IMG/VR virus record: IMGVR_UViG_3300032007_000015
DNA: 64,000 nucleotides
DNA from: a virus
Lineage: Duplodnaviria > Caudoviricetes
Direction: 5' to 3' (one strand)
The translations under genes were made by a program, and so were the position numbers. How positions within the stretch are numbered: position 1 is the stretch's first letter; each line of letters opens with the position of its first letter. Below, one piece after another: positions 40,694 through 51,798 of this stretch. The notes beneath the pieces are model-generated. The model worked only from the letters and a program-made list of their open reading frames with translations, made no database searches and was not told where the DNA came from.

Positions 40694-40956
40694 CCATTAT
40701 AAATACAATCTTCTGAACTATTTATAAACAAATTACCCGATTCTTTTAACTTTACATAATTATCATAATTAATTATCTTAAGTCTATCTTCTTCACTACC
40801 TTTCTTTAGTTTCTTAATCATTTTCTTTGCATCCTGAATTGCTTCAGCAGATATACTATTACTATTAACAAATATTTCAATTAAATTCACATATGTCTCA
40901 AGCCTATTAGCTATCTCTTTACAATCCTCTTTAAATTCTTTTCCATACATACTCAT
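40681..40956 (-). CDS. Hypothetical protein
   Basis: ORF with SD. Confidence 0.7.
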   Translation of the reverse strand: MSMYGKEFKEDCKEIANRLETYVNLIEIFVNSNSISAEAIQDAKKMIKKLKKGSEEDRLKIINYDNYVKLKESGNLFINSSEDCIYNGWNL

Positions 40957-41094
40957 ATTAGAATCACTTCCTTTCTTATCTTATAATGTATCAGGTACAG
41001 TAAAATATTATATAAGTAATCAGTACAATATAAATTTGTCTTTATTTTGTACAGAAAACATTAGTTTAATTATATTAAAGGTAGGTGATAATCT

Positions 41095-42297
41095 ATGGCA
41101 ACTATAATAAATGAGAAACGTATGCTTGAAGATAATGTATTTAAATTTGAACAGAGAATAAAATCTCCATTAAATAGATTTAGCGATAAGAAGCCAACAT
41201 TTGTAAATTATTTTCATATCGATAATGAAAATACAACTGTAAATGAAGGATTTGAAGATGTAGAAAACGTATTAGGAGATAACTCTCCAATTAAATATAA
41301 AAAAATATCTGACTTTCCATTATATGGTTTAGAGAATATATTAATACAATTACAAGATAGTGACCAAGGACTTGATGGTAGTTATGATGGTGATGCTATA
41401 ATTCTACCTTCATCTTTAAAACCACTTCAAAATGATTACTTTACAATTCCATATTTAAAAGATAGCTATATATTCAAGGTTACAAATGTATCATATGATA
41501 ATATAATGCCTGATAACTATTATAAAATTGAATTTATGTTAGAATATATTGATAAAGATAAAGAAGATCAATTAGAAAAACAAACAACATCTAAATTCAA
41601 TTGTATCTTTGAAAATATGGGTACAGAAGAAAAGATATTTATTGAAGATGAATATATTGAAGATTTAAAACAAATTGATGATATGTATTCAGATATAGTC
41701 GAATTGTATTTAAATATATATTATAGTGATAGATATAATTGTCTTCTTGCAACTGATGGCTCGTATAAATACTATGATCCTTTGATGTCTGTATTCATAA
41801 ATAAGAATGGATTGTTTAATAGAAAAAATAACTTTGATACAATCATTTTATCTGAAGAATTTACTGACCCTAGAAGAAAGTATAAATATGAAAAATCATT
41901 TTACAGATATGTTGAACGCAGAGATAAGACTTTATTATCAAATTTCAAATATACAGTTTTTCCAGGTATAAATAATATACAAACATCATTTAATAGATGG
42001 GATGATAAATCTATAAAAATTATAGATTTACCTGCAGTAATGGACCCAAAAACAGAATATGAAATTATTCCTGAAATATTCAGACTTGCAATTAGGGATA
42101 ACGGATATGCTGATAATGATTATAAACAATTTTTAATTAAATTTTTAAGAAAAGAAAAAATGACTATAGCAGATATTCCAAAAAATTTAAACGATGAATT
42201 GTTAATATTAAATACGGCTAATATGGAAGTATTCTTCTATACACCAGTAATATTATATGCAATAAAAACTATTGTATCTGAATTTATGAAAAAATAA
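41095..42297 (+). CDS. Probable virion structural protein
   Basis: 400-aa ORF behind a late-type promoter; resembles conserved jumbo-phage structural proteins (recall only). Confidence 0.6.
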   Translation: MATIINEKRMLEDNVFKFEQRIKSPLNRFSDKKPTFVNYFHIDNENTTVNEGFEDVENVLGDNSPIKYKKISDFPLYGLENILIQLQDSDQGLDGSYDGDAIILPSSLKPLQNDYFTIPYLKDSYIFKVTNVSYDNIMPDNYYKIEFMLEYIDKDKEDQLEKQTTSKFNCIFENMGTEEKIFIEDEYIEDLKQIDDMYSDIVELYLNIYYSDRYNCLLATDGSYKYYDPLMSVFINKNGLFNRKNNFDTIILSEEFTDPRRKYKYEKSFYRYVERRDKTLLSNFKYTVFPGINNIQTSFNRWDDKSIKIIDLPAVMDPKTEYEIIPEIFRLAIRDNGYADNDYKQFLIKFLRKEKMTIADIPKNLNDELLILNTANMEVFFYTPVILYAIKTIVSEFMKK

Positions 42298-42349
42298 AAA
42301 AATGACTAGGTATAACTTTTTGTTATACCTAGTCATTTATATAGCAAAA

Positions 42350-43165
42350 TTAGTGTTTAATGCCAATTTTTTTACCAATTGATGAGAGAACAGGAGATTT
42401 ACTTCTCTTTAATCTCATAATATATTTTCTTGTAATAATATCTGCTTTATTACCATATTTAGCTTCAAGCTTAGATCTAATGATTCTTCTAATCTTATAG
42501 CATTTTTCAAGCTTTGGAATAAGAGGATCATTTTTCTTTCTAGCCATTGTTCTAATTACAATCCATCTAATCTGGTTTGTTCTAGCTTTAAGAACTGAAT
42601 CTTTGCTAAATCTCATTGGCTTAATTGATTCTGTATATGTGTCATTAATAACATCATTTACATCTGATTCAAGTAATAATCCTTCATCAACAGCAATATC
42701 AGCATCAACTGATTCGCCAAAATCGGCATATTCTTCAGCTGTTAATTCATCTTTAAGAATGATTGGTGTTGCAATTAATGATGTTTCATCTTCAACTTCC
42801 TTTTCTTCATCAGGTGTGAGTTCGTCACCATTAACTTCATCATCGATTTCATCCATAAGATCAGGATCAATATCATCATCGTCATCATCATCGACTTCAT
42901 CACTAATACTATTAACAAGATCGTCGTCATCTAAATCTTCATCATCATCGTCATCATTGTCATAAGGATAAGATTCATCATCGTCATCATCTTCGTCATC
43001 TGATTCGTAAGAACAACCTTCATCAGTATCATCACCATAATCATATTCTGAATCATCATTTTCATCAAAATCATCTGATTCGTCAAATAAATTATCATAT
43101 TCAGATTCAGCCATATATGAACTTGGAAGTGGATTATTTAATAAGTCTTCAAATTTACTAGACAT
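42350..43165 (-). CDS. Acidic low-complexity protein with basic C-terminus, probable internal head protein
   Basis: Asp/Glu-rich N-terminal half; late-type promoter; repeated xES sites that could be protease targets. Confidence 0.6.
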   Translation of the reverse strand: MSSKFEDLLNNPLPSSYMAESEYDNLFDESDDFDENDDSEYDYGDDTDEGCSYESDDEDDDDDESYPYDNDDDDDEDLDDDDLVNSISDEVDDDDDDDIDPDLMDEIDDEVNGDELTPDEEKEVEDETSLIATPIILKDELTAEEYADFGESVDADIAVDEGLLLESDVNDVINDTYTESIKPMRFSKDSVLKARTNQIRWIVIRTMARKKNDPLIPKLEKCYKIRRIIRSKLEAKYGNKADIITRKYIMRLKRSKSPVLSSIGKKIGIKH

Positions 43166-43239
43166 ATTTTTGCCTCCTTTATTTTTTAATATTTTTTATA
43201 TCATTGTTTTTTAATATTTATTTTAAAACAGCGTAAAAA

Positions 43240-43472
43240 TATAAATAAGTATTATTGGATAGGAAAATTATCAATAATACTTATTTATATTGTAAAGGGG
43301 TTTTCGTTATTAAACCCATAGCTTTGTATGCTAAAGCTATAAAAGTGTACGATTTTCAAAAACCCAGAGAGGCAGGTTTTTAGTAGCTTTTTGTTCGTCC
43401 AGCTCTTTTTTGTTACGACCTACATAACCTTGTAGAAGATAGATAATATATGGAGGAATATATAATCTATCT
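43240..43472 (-). ncRNA. Candidate multi-hairpin small RNA
   Basis: AACA-N6-TA promoter at 43484-43473; series of hairpins; terminal inverted repeat; no substantial ORF. Confidence 0.45.
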
Positions 43473-43564
43473 TATAATAATGTTAAAAATTTTTGTATAT
43501 TTAAATTATAAATTATACAAATAATTAAAGTCATATTTTTATAATAAAAAGGAGGATTTAATTT

Positions 43565-44266
43565 ATGACAAATACAAACGAAGCTAATAATATATCTGAA
43601 GAAAAACCTATTGAAACAACAAAGACAATAGAAGAATTGACAAATGATTTAGTCAATTCTGAGGAAATTGTTGCAGAGCCTGAAGATATCAAACCAGAAA
43701 ATTCTGAATTAGATAATAATAATGATATTGCTAATGATGATGTTAAAATGGAAGAGACAAAAAAATTTACACCAGAAAAACAAAATGAAATTATTGATGG
43801 CTTAATAAAATATTACAAAGATAATATTCTTATAATGTATATTAAAGAAACAACATCAATAGCTACATTTATTTTAGGTTTATTTACAGATGACCAAACT
43901 CCTGTTGATGTATTATATGATCATTTAGGTAAGGAATTCATTTTAAAAGAAGCTGTTATTAGATTTTTAGGTATAAATACTGATACATATGCTTCATCTA
44001 TTGGAGATGCTTTTAATGATTATAATAATATTATTAGTTCAGAGGAAGTACAAAAAGAAATCGCAAGGGTTACTGAATTAATGAATAAACAGAATAAATC
44101 TAAAGAAAACGTTTCAGAACCACCTATTCCATATATATTTGAAAAAGGAGAAAATGGTGAACTGATTACAACAGGATATACAATAGATTCTGCCGCTAAA
44201 ATTAAAGGAATAAAACTTATAATTGAAGATAACCGATATATCAATACAGGTATATCATTAATTTAA
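43565..44266 (+). CDS. Hypothetical protein
   Basis: ORF with AAGGAGG SD. Confidence 0.75.
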   Translation: MTNTNEANNISEEKPIETTKTIEELTNDLVNSEEIVAEPEDIKPENSELDNNNDIANDDVKMEETKKFTPEKQNEIIDGLIKYYKDNILIMYIKETTSIATFILGLFTDDQTPVDVLYDHLGKEFILKEAVIRFLGINTDTYASSIGDAFNDYNNIISSEEVQKEIARVTELMNKQNKSKENVSEPPIPYIFEKGENGELITTGYTIDSAAKIKGIKLIIEDNRYINTGISLI

Positions 44267-44316
44267 TCATCCAAATAGATATTAAAAACAATAATCTAAT
44301 AAATTTAATAGAAAGG

Positions 44317-44631
44317 ATGTGTTTTCTAATGATGACAAATGCAACTAATTCTATTGCTCGTGAAAAAGCAAAACTTTTAAGATCGAGAGAGTATATAGAA
44401 TCAATGGACGATGATGATGTTATTGAAGAGGCATTTTTAAGTTTAGATAGAAAACTGACAAATACGTCTTTCAATCTGATGTGCAATGAAAGTGCAGAAG
44501 AAACAGAAGAAAGACTTACATTAGAGAAATGTATCGATGATATACCTATTGATGATTCTGAAGAAAAAGAAATTGACAAAATTCTTGAATCTACAGAAGA
44601 CCTTACAATAGATCAAATTATAGGTATTTAA
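44317..44631 (+). CDS. Small acidic hypothetical protein
   Basis: ORF behind a late-type promoter. Confidence 0.7.
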   Translation: MCFLMMTNATNSIAREKAKLLRSREYIESMDDDDVIEEAFLSLDRKLTNTSFNLMCNESAEETEERLTLEKCIDDIPIDDSEEKEIDKILESTEDLTIDQIIGI

Positions 44632-44648
44632 AAGAAAGGAATGATAAA

Positions 44649-45080
44649 ATGAAAAGATGTATAATCAACACACCAGGTCCAATTGCTGAACTTGGATTTA
44701 TCTCTGGTCCTATCACAAATCCATGTAAACTTGAAATGGATGTACTGAGAAGATTAGTAAAAAATGGTAGAGAAGTTTATGAAGTTAATCCAGAAAATCC
44801 TGCTCAGAAAGTTTTATTAACAATTGAGAATTATGATGCCGATAATTTTTCAGTTAAAGTAAATCCAACAGCAGATGTAAAAGAAGATGACTGTGAACCT
44901 GTTAAAGTTCCTGTTGAAAATGTTAAAGAAACAATTGAAACAGTAGAACCAAAAGTTGAACCTTCTGTAACTAAAGAAGTCGTAGAAGATGACTGTGAAC
45001 CTGTTAAAGTTCCTGTTGAAAATGTTAAAGAAACAAAATCTTCAAATAACAAAAATCAGAAAAATAAAAAAAATAAATAA
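44649..45080 (+). CDS. Hypothetical protein with an internal 53-nt direct repeat
   Basis: Repeat at 44882-44934 and 44984-45036. Confidence 0.75.
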   Translation: MKRCIINTPGPIAELGFISGPITNPCKLEMDVLRRLVKNGREVYEVNPENPAQKVLLTIENYDADNFSVKVNPTADVKEDDCEPVKVPVENVKETIETVEPKVEPSVTKEVVEDDCEPVKVPVENVKETKSSNNKNQKNKKNK

Positions 45081-45155
45081 TATTTATTTAATACAAAAAA
45101 AGAGATGAAAAGATATTTTAATCTTTTCATCTCTTTTTTAAAACGATGTCTTGGC

Positions 45156-45236
45156 TTATTCTGTAGCCAAGACATCTGACAACCACACTTCGTCATCATC
45201 TGGATGACAAAGTGTCATTATCATATTATCTGACAA
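45156..45236 (-). CDS. Possible 26-aa peptide
   Basis: AAAGGAGG SD, TTG start, own GTAAA-N17-TATAAT promoter. Confidence 0.4.
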   Translation of the reverse strand: MSDNMIMTLCHPDDDEVWLSDVLATE

Positions 45237-45333
45237 TGAAAATACCTCCTTTCATTGTTTTTATAATGAGGTTAATATGAAAATCATATTAACCTCATTA
45301 CATTGAAATATTATATAAATTTATATTTATAGT

Positions 45334-48300
45334 TTACTCATTACGTAATGTAGATGCTAATTTAAGACCTTTAGTTACTAAATCTGTATTTAATCCCATT
45401 CCTAAGAAATAAGTATTTACAGTATTTAATGTCGTCTTATTCTCTATTTTATCGTCAAGTTCACTTAATGATAAATAACCTTTTTCAGATATAGATTTTA
45501 ACATCTGTTGTTTCATTACTAAATCATCTGCTCTAGGACCATTCAATTCTTTTAATGTACTTTCAAGTCCTAATGATATTAACATATTATTTTCCAAATC
45601 AGATTCTCTACCATTTTTATCTGCACCTGTAACCTGACCTGTTATTGCAGAACGTTGATTAATAGATGTACTAATACCATTCTTTTTAGCAACAGTTTGC
45701 TGTGTTCTTTTTATATTAATATATCCAACTGGAACTTTCTGTTTTGTTACAATAATATTATTTTTATCCATTGTAATCCAAGGTAACGCAACATATTCAT
45801 ACAAAGGTATGTTTATAACTTTAGCGGCATCTTCAATATCTTCAAGTTTTATTGTTCTTTCGTAATCAATTATATCAAGAATTAAATATTGTTTTTCATC
45901 ACTAAAGAATTGTCTAAAGAAACTATCAAATGCTACATCACTCATAGGTGTAAACATATCTTTATATTTCTTCGTATTATCACCCGATTTATCGAATGCT
46001 GAAAAGAATTTATATATTAAATTACACATATTAGTTCTTCTCATCTGTTGATTTTGTGTTTTATTCCATATGTCTTGTAAATGTCGTTTAAGTTCAACTA
46101 TACATTTATTACCTAAGGTTGTTAATATAACAGATGGTACCATACGTTTTAAAATTGAGTTTGATGCAATTATTGAACTTACTTCTTCTTCAGGTCTATA
46201 GAATGAATATGGTTCATATCCTTCTTCAATTACTTCACCTATAGTATTTTTAAGTCCAGTGAACATTGCTATTTTTGAACCAACTTCCAAAGGTTCTGAG
46301 TGTTTAATATAAAATTCTATTAATACACCATCTTCAACTTTTTGACCTTTGATTACACCATATCTATTTGGTTCAACTTTACCTGTAGCATCATTTAATA
46401 ATATACCACATTTAACAACTGAACCAGTCTTATCATATTTAGATAATAGAGCATCTTTACGTTTAATTTTATTATAATAAGCTCCAAATATCTTCTGTAA
46501 GCTAGGAGAAAGTTCTTCTAAATCTACAGTTGAATACATCTTAATATCTTCAATAACACCAGAATACTTAGATGGAATAATATTTCTACTTCCATTAAGT
46601 AATTCATTTTTTTCATCTTCATTATCACCAAGATTAGCAAGTAATTTATTTAAATCATTTTCTTCATAAGATTCATCAAAATGAATTAATGAATCGCCAA
46701 CTTTGATTTTATCTCCAACTTTTACCATATAGTATATATTAGAGTTCTTACCTAAAACTGCTTGTTTACAGAAACACATTTCAGTTATAGCATCTTTAGA
46801 TAATTTTTGTGTTATGAATGTACTATCTTCATATGTATCATATGTCGACATTAATGCAACTTTTGCAAGAACACCCATATTCATACGAGTACCTTGTGTT
46901 TTATTATTCGTGAAGAAATTCTTGTGCCAAGCTAAACACTGATTAGCTTTAAATTTATCCCCAACTTTTAAATCTGTTGTTAATGAATTACTTAAGAAGA
47001 ATCCACCACCACCATTTTTAACGATATTTTTACCTAAGTCAATAGCTTGATGAGAACCATCTTTATACTCAACTATCATAATTTTAGTTTTATCATCATA
47101 CTCTTTAACAAAACCATCCATTTTTGCATTTACAACAAATACAGATGATAAATAAAATCTACATATTTCTTCAGCACCATTTGAAATTAATACTGGTGAT
47201 GAATTTACAATTGGAATCATATGCTTAGACTGTTTTATAGCATGTCCTGTTCTTGTAGGGTCATCCCTTGTTACTCCAAGTGGAACTAATAATTCACCCG
47301 GTGAGAATAAATTAATATCTTTAACATCTGTTAAATCGTCTTTAGTATCACTATATCCTCTTACAGATTTTAAATTAGGTTCCATACTTAATGTTCTAGA
47401 AACACCAACGCTTGCGTCAGGAGATGTTGTAGGAGCAATGATTCCTATCATAGACTTATCATAAGATCTATTTGGTACAGTATAAGATCTATCTAAGTTT
47501 ACACCTCTCCATCCTTTAGATGTTACAGCATGCGTTCTCTCTAATTCAAGGATTGGATTAAGGTCAGATACATCTTCAACAGTTTTCTGTGCTAATAATT
47601 CTTTTATTACGCAGTCTTGTGGAACTGATAATTTTTTTCTACCATTAGAGTTCTTAAATACTACATATGCTCTAGCAATTTTTTCATATAAAATTGCAGG
47701 AATAATCTCATTTGATCTAACTCTAGATAAGCTCTGATCTACTTGATATTTATACTGACTATCTGATAACAACATATTTGCATGACACATTAATTCAACT
47801 AAATCCGTAGGTAAATTTAAATCCATTAATACTTCTTTAGTTATATGGTCAATCATAAATTCGTGGCTATTATCAAGAGCATTAAGAATATTAATTTTAC
47901 CATATATCTTTTTGATATAATCAATATAAGTTGTTGGGTCATCAAACGCCGATATTTCATACCCAGTTGTATCTAATGCTCTGAATCCATTCATTAATAA
48001 TTCACTATGAATACTTTGATCATATACTAAAAAGCAGTTTGCAAATTTTATATATGGTTCATTTAATCCAATTTCACTTAATTTTTGGACTAATCTATAT
48101 TCAATTTTTGACTTCTTTAATACTGTACTTAAACCTTCCCATAAACACATTAATGGCATAATAGCTATATCTTTAGCCATTATAGTAACTTTGCTATACA
48201 TTAATCGTCTAGGAGTTTTAATTGATTTATATACAGATTTTTCGTCATCATTGAAGCAAGAAACCATTATATCACATATAGTTCTACCTTTTAAATCTTT

Positions 48301-50349
48301 TCCGGTTTCTGGATCAATAAATAAAGGTTCATAAGCTTCCATACCAATAAATATTTTATTTTTTGGTATTTTTATTTGATTTTTCTCAGCATACATTGTT
48401 GCCTCTTGCTGATTAAACATAATCAATGTATTATGCTCTTTAAACTTACTAACTATCTTAGAAAATTCATCTATTTCAACTGTTGTTAAATATCCTTCGT
48501 TATTACCAATACAATTTATAAATGTAAAACGAGTTTTAATACTATCACTTTTTTCTATAGCTTTAAGTAAAATTTCGATTCCACGTAATGATTTCGTATC
48601 AACACGTTTAATTGTCATTTTATTTGTATTAGTTACAATCTGCACTGTATCAGGAGCAATTTTAACTAATGGTAAAAAGAAGTTTTGATGTAGTATAAGT
48701 TTCTTATTACCACCCAAATAAAGAAATCTATCATCTATAAATTTAGGTATATCAACTGTTATAGTATGTCTATTTCTATTTCCATCTTCAAGATAAAATG
48801 TATAAGTATCTTTATAATTCAATTTATCAGAAGAATCTACAATTTTAACATCTCTAAGAAAACAAGGTATTGATTTATCATTTAATTCAGTAAATGTACC
48901 AATAATATCTTTATTCATCATTGATTCATTATAACTTTTTTCAAAATTATTAAATCTAATATGTTTCATATTCTCGTTAGTAGTTTTTGTTATATTAGAT
49001 ACATCTTTTGTTTCAATAACAACTTCATCTGGTCTTATTTTTTCTAAATCAGCTAATGTAAGTTCTCCAATTTTTATATCCTTTTGTTTTTCACGTAAAA
49101 GTTGATCTCTGGCACTAGAAGCTTGTGACTTAGTAGGAAGAGTATCTTTTTTTAAATTATTATAAATTTCTTCCATCAATTCTTTATCATCTTCAATTTC
49201 AGTTTCAACTTTCTTTTGTATTATATCCTTATTAACAGTTTTAGCGTCTGTTATAGATGCGTCTGGTCCAGCAACACTTTTTATATCTTTATTCATGTCG
49301 CGAACAACTTTATCTACTTTTTTATTAATTTTTTCAGATATATCAGTATTTGTTTTACTTAATATATCATTAGTATTTATAGTATTAGTAATTTTATTTG
49401 ATATATTAGCAACATTAGCAGCAACGTTATATAAGTTTTTTGACATTAAACTGATATTTTGATTGCTTATACCATTAATTTTAGAAGTAATCTTTCTCTG
49501 TTTTTCAACTTTATTAATATCAACTACTTCTGTAGGTGTAATTTTATTTGATATATTTTGTTCTGTTTCTGATTTAATGATTTCACTATCAATTTCATCA
49601 TTACTAATTGTTTCGACATCAAGTGTAGCAACCGAATATATTTTCTTTACTTCACGTAAGAATATCTTATAAGATTTCTCGTCACAAAGTGATGGATTTA
49701 CTTTTAAAACTTTTCCATTGCAATAAATCAAAATATCAATATCTAAATTACTAATTAAATTAAAATATTTATATAAAGTAAAATAAAGCATATATAATGG
49801 ATTATTAATAGTATCTTTTAATTTACCTTTAAAATTTTTAAAATCATTAGCATTTATCAATATATACTTTTTCTCATATTGTCCATAATTCATAAGTATT
49901 ATAGATTTAATATAATCCCAAAATAATGGAATTTTACGAAATGGATTTAAACTATTTGTAATTGAATTATAGATATTTATATGCTGGCATAAGTCATAAT
50001 ACATATTTTTATTTTCGTTTTCTCGTATATGATTTACTAACATATATGGATGAATATTAGTTCTTTTTTCTATTTTTTCATATATTTCTTTACGTCTTTC
50101 TGTGTCTCTTAATCTATATCTTTTATTATATATTTTTCCAACATAGATAAGATTATAGTAATAATAGTAATATCTATTATTCCCGGTAAATGTTGTTTGT
50201 TCATTCATCATTTTTATTGAATTTTCTATAGAGTTTGAATATAAAAAAATCAAATTACCTCTACCAATTGGTTTTCCTATTGGTAAATACACTTTTTTTG
50301 TAAGTGTTTTTAAATAAGGTAAATCATTAGGGTATAACATTATTTTCAC
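45334..50349 (-). CDS. Virion RNA polymerase beta subunit, apparently unsplit
   Basis: LYLGGNKKLILHQ, TSPDASVG, DDPTR..KQSKH, YEDS, GSKI..GLKNTI, RSAITGQVTGADKNGRESDLE, ELNGPRADD. Confidence 0.9.
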   Translation of the reverse strand: MKIMLYPNDLPYLKTLTKKVYLPIGKPIGRGNLIFLYSNSIENSIKMMNEQTTFTGNNRYYYYYYNLIYVGKIYNKRYRLRDTERRKEIYEKIEKRTNIHPYMLVNHIRENENKNMYYDLCQHINIYNSITNSLNPFRKIPLFWDYIKSIILMNYGQYEKKYILINANDFKNFKGKLKDTINNPLYMLYFTLYKYFNLISNLDIDILIYCNGKVLKVNPSLCDEKSYKIFLREVKKIYSVATLDVETISNDEIDSEIIKSETEQNISNKITPTEVVDINKVEKQRKITSKINGISNQNISLMSKNLYNVAANVANISNKITNTINTNDILSKTNTDISEKINKKVDKVVRDMNKDIKSVAGPDASITDAKTVNKDIIQKKVETEIEDDKELMEEIYNNLKKDTLPTKSQASSARDQLLREKQKDIKIGELTLADLEKIRPDEVVIETKDVSNITKTTNENMKHIRFNNFEKSYNESMMNKDIIGTFTELNDKSIPCFLRDVKIVDSSDKLNYKDTYTFYLEDGNRNRHTITVDIPKFIDDRFLYLGGNKKLILHQNFFLPLVKIAPDTVQIVTNTNKMTIKRVDTKSLRGIEILLKAIEKSDSIKTRFTFINCIGNNEGYLTTVEIDEFSKIVSKFKEHNTLIMFNQQEATMYAEKNQIKIPKNKIFIGMEAYEPLFIDPETGKDLKGRTICDIMVSCFNDDEKSVYKSIKTPRRLMYSKVTIMAKDIAIMPLMCLWEGLSTVLKKSKIEYRLVQKLSEIGLNEPYIKFANCFLVYDQSIHSELLMNGFRALDTTGYEISAFDDPTTYIDYIKKIYGKINILNALDNSHEFMIDHITKEVLMDLNLPTDLVELMCHANMLLSDSQYKYQVDQSLSRVRSNEIIPAILYEKIARAYVVFKNSNGRKKLSVPQDCVIKELLAQKTVEDVSDLNPILELERTHAVTSKGWRGVNLDRSYTVPNRSYDKSMIGIIAPTTSPDASVGVSRTLSMEPNLKSVRGYSDTKDDLTDVKDINLFSPGELLVPLGVTRDDPTRTGHAIKQSKHMIPIVNSSPVLISNGAEEICRFYLSSVFVVNAKMDGFVKEYDDKTKIMIVEYKDGSHQAIDLGKNIVKNGGGGFFLSNSLTTDLKVGDKFKANQCLAWHKNFFTNNKTQGTRMNMGVLAKVALMSTYDTYEDSTFITQKLSKDAITEMCFCKQAVLGKNSNIYYMVKVGDKIKVGDSLIHFDESYEENDLNKLLANLGDNEDEKNELLNGSRNIIPSKYSGVIEDIKMYSTVDLEELSPSLQKIFGAYYNKIKRKDALLSKYDKTGSVVKCGILLNDATGKVEPNRYGVIKGQKVEDGVLIEFYIKHSEPLEVGSKIAMFTGLKNTIGEVIEEGYEPYSFYRPEEEVSSIIASNSILKRMVPSVILTTLGNKCIVELKRHLQDIWNKTQNQQMRRTNMCNLIYKFFSAFDKSGDNTKKYKDMFTPMSDVAFDSFFRQFFSDEKQYLILDIIDYERTIKLEDIEDAAKVINIPLYEYVALPWITMDKNNIIVTKQKVPVGYINIKRTQQTVAKKNGISTSINQRSAITGQVTGADKNGRESDLENNMLISLGLESTLKELNGPRADDLVMKQQMLKSISEKGYLSLSELDDKIENKTTLNTVNTYFLGMGLNTDLVTKGLKLASTLRNE

Positions 50350-50519
50350 ATCCTTCTTTTAAGATTCACTTATATTTTTGTTTTTTCGGAGTAAAAGTAT
50401 CGTGCTGAAGAATTAACTTCAGCACGATACTTTTTATTATGAATTCATCAAAAAATATAAAGGGAGAAAATACTAATGTATTAGTATTTAACTATATGTT
50501 ATATGCCTTATTAAAAAAA

Positions 50520-51251
50520 TTACACATATATAAGTTGAGCCAAATCCAAATGGAATTCATTATCCATTTGCTCAATTTTTTCTTTTCTTTCAGAAGCAGC
50601 ATTTTGCCAATCATCAATATTTAAATTAATAGTACCATATGCAGTCTGAATTTCATTATAATGTTTAATTGTAGAATATAAATTCATCTTTACATCAAGT
50701 ACAGCTAATTGATAAAAGCTTTCTTCCGCTGTTGGTGGAATTGACTGTAACGACTGGTCATGTTCAAAAGCCATATCTATAACGACATTATATGATGCCA
50801 TCAAATTATAAATATATAGAGTTCTTGGATGTTCAAACTTAAATGTAAGTTTTGGTATCATTGATGCAACAAGTTGCCCACCAGCGTTTGAAATCATCAT
50901 CTGATTTATTAAACTTCCGTGAAGATATGGAATTCCGCCACCCCAATATCCCATTCCAGATAAACTTCTATCATCATAGTTAATATCTTTTATATAGAGT
51001 AACTTTCTATTAGTAAATTCAGGTAACATAAAACAATCATATGTTGCCATATGTTCTTTGCATTCCCAATTATGCAAATCAACGTACATTTTTTCAGTAT
51101 GTGGATAATACATTGAAAATACTGGTAATGTAATAGTTTTAATTATGTCAACTATAAAGCCATCTATATCATCAATAGGTAATGCAATTGTATATATTCC
51201 TAATTCCATTTTTATACGTTTAACCATTCTAGATATATTCATATTATTCAC
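50520..51251 (-). CDS. Probable virion structural protein
   Basis: Late operon position; 243-aa ORF. Confidence 0.55.
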   Translation of the reverse strand: MNNMNISRMVKRIKMELGIYTIALPIDDIDGFIVDIIKTITLPVFSMYYPHTEKMYVDLHNWECKEHMATYDCFMLPEFTNRKLLYIKDINYDDRSLSGMGYWGGGIPYLHGSLINQMMISNAGGQLVASMIPKLTFKFEHPRTLYIYNLMASYNVVIDMAFEHDQSLQSIPPTAEESFYQLAVLDVKMNLYSTIKHYNEIQTAYGTINLNIDDWQNAASERKEKIEQMDNEFHLDLAQLIYV

Positions 51252-51255
51252 CTTC

Positions 51256-51798
51256 TTAATTTATTTTTTCATTTTTAAGTTCTTGTCTTACAAATCCTAA
51301 GAATTTAATTAAATATGACATATATATTTTACTTTTTAATTGTTTCATATCTATGCAAATCTTTAAATTAGACTTTACATGTGAGTAATTTTCATATCTT
51401 TTATATTTAGATAATTCATTAATCTCATTATAATAATTCATATTACACATTGATTTTAACTCTTTATAAATTGAGATATAATCTTTCACAAATAATGATA
51501 AGTTTTTACTCTCATTTTCTGGGTTTATTTTTTCAGAAACTGGTTTATCATTCAGAGGCAATTCAACATCATTATGAATATCTTCAATGAGCATATCAAC
51601 ATCATCTCCAAATTTAACAATATTAACTTGGGTTACAATCTTATCATATTTTTTAAAATAATAATATAACTTATTTAACAAATCAATATTAATATATTCA
51701 ACATCTTTCTTTAATGATACTATAAATTTATTTGTATTTCTTTTCCACTCATTAGTAGTTTCTCGAACATCTATTTTATTATTCATATCATTCACCAA
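51256..51798 (-). CDS. Hypothetical protein
   Basis: ORF behind a late-type promoter. Confidence 0.65.
   Translation of the reverse strand: MVNDMNNKIDVRETTNEWKRNTNKFIVSLKKDVEYINIDLLNKLYYYFKKYDKIVTQVNIVKFGDDVDMLIEDIHNDVELPLNDKPVSEKINPENESKNLSLFVKDYISIYKELKSMCNMNYYNEINELSKYKRYENYSHVKSNLKICIDMKQLKSKIYMSYLIKFLGFVRQELKNEKIN

Noticed and set aside
42780-43110. TCA/TCG-rich repeat-like tract
   Set aside because: Simply encodes poly-Asp/Glu in the acidic protein.
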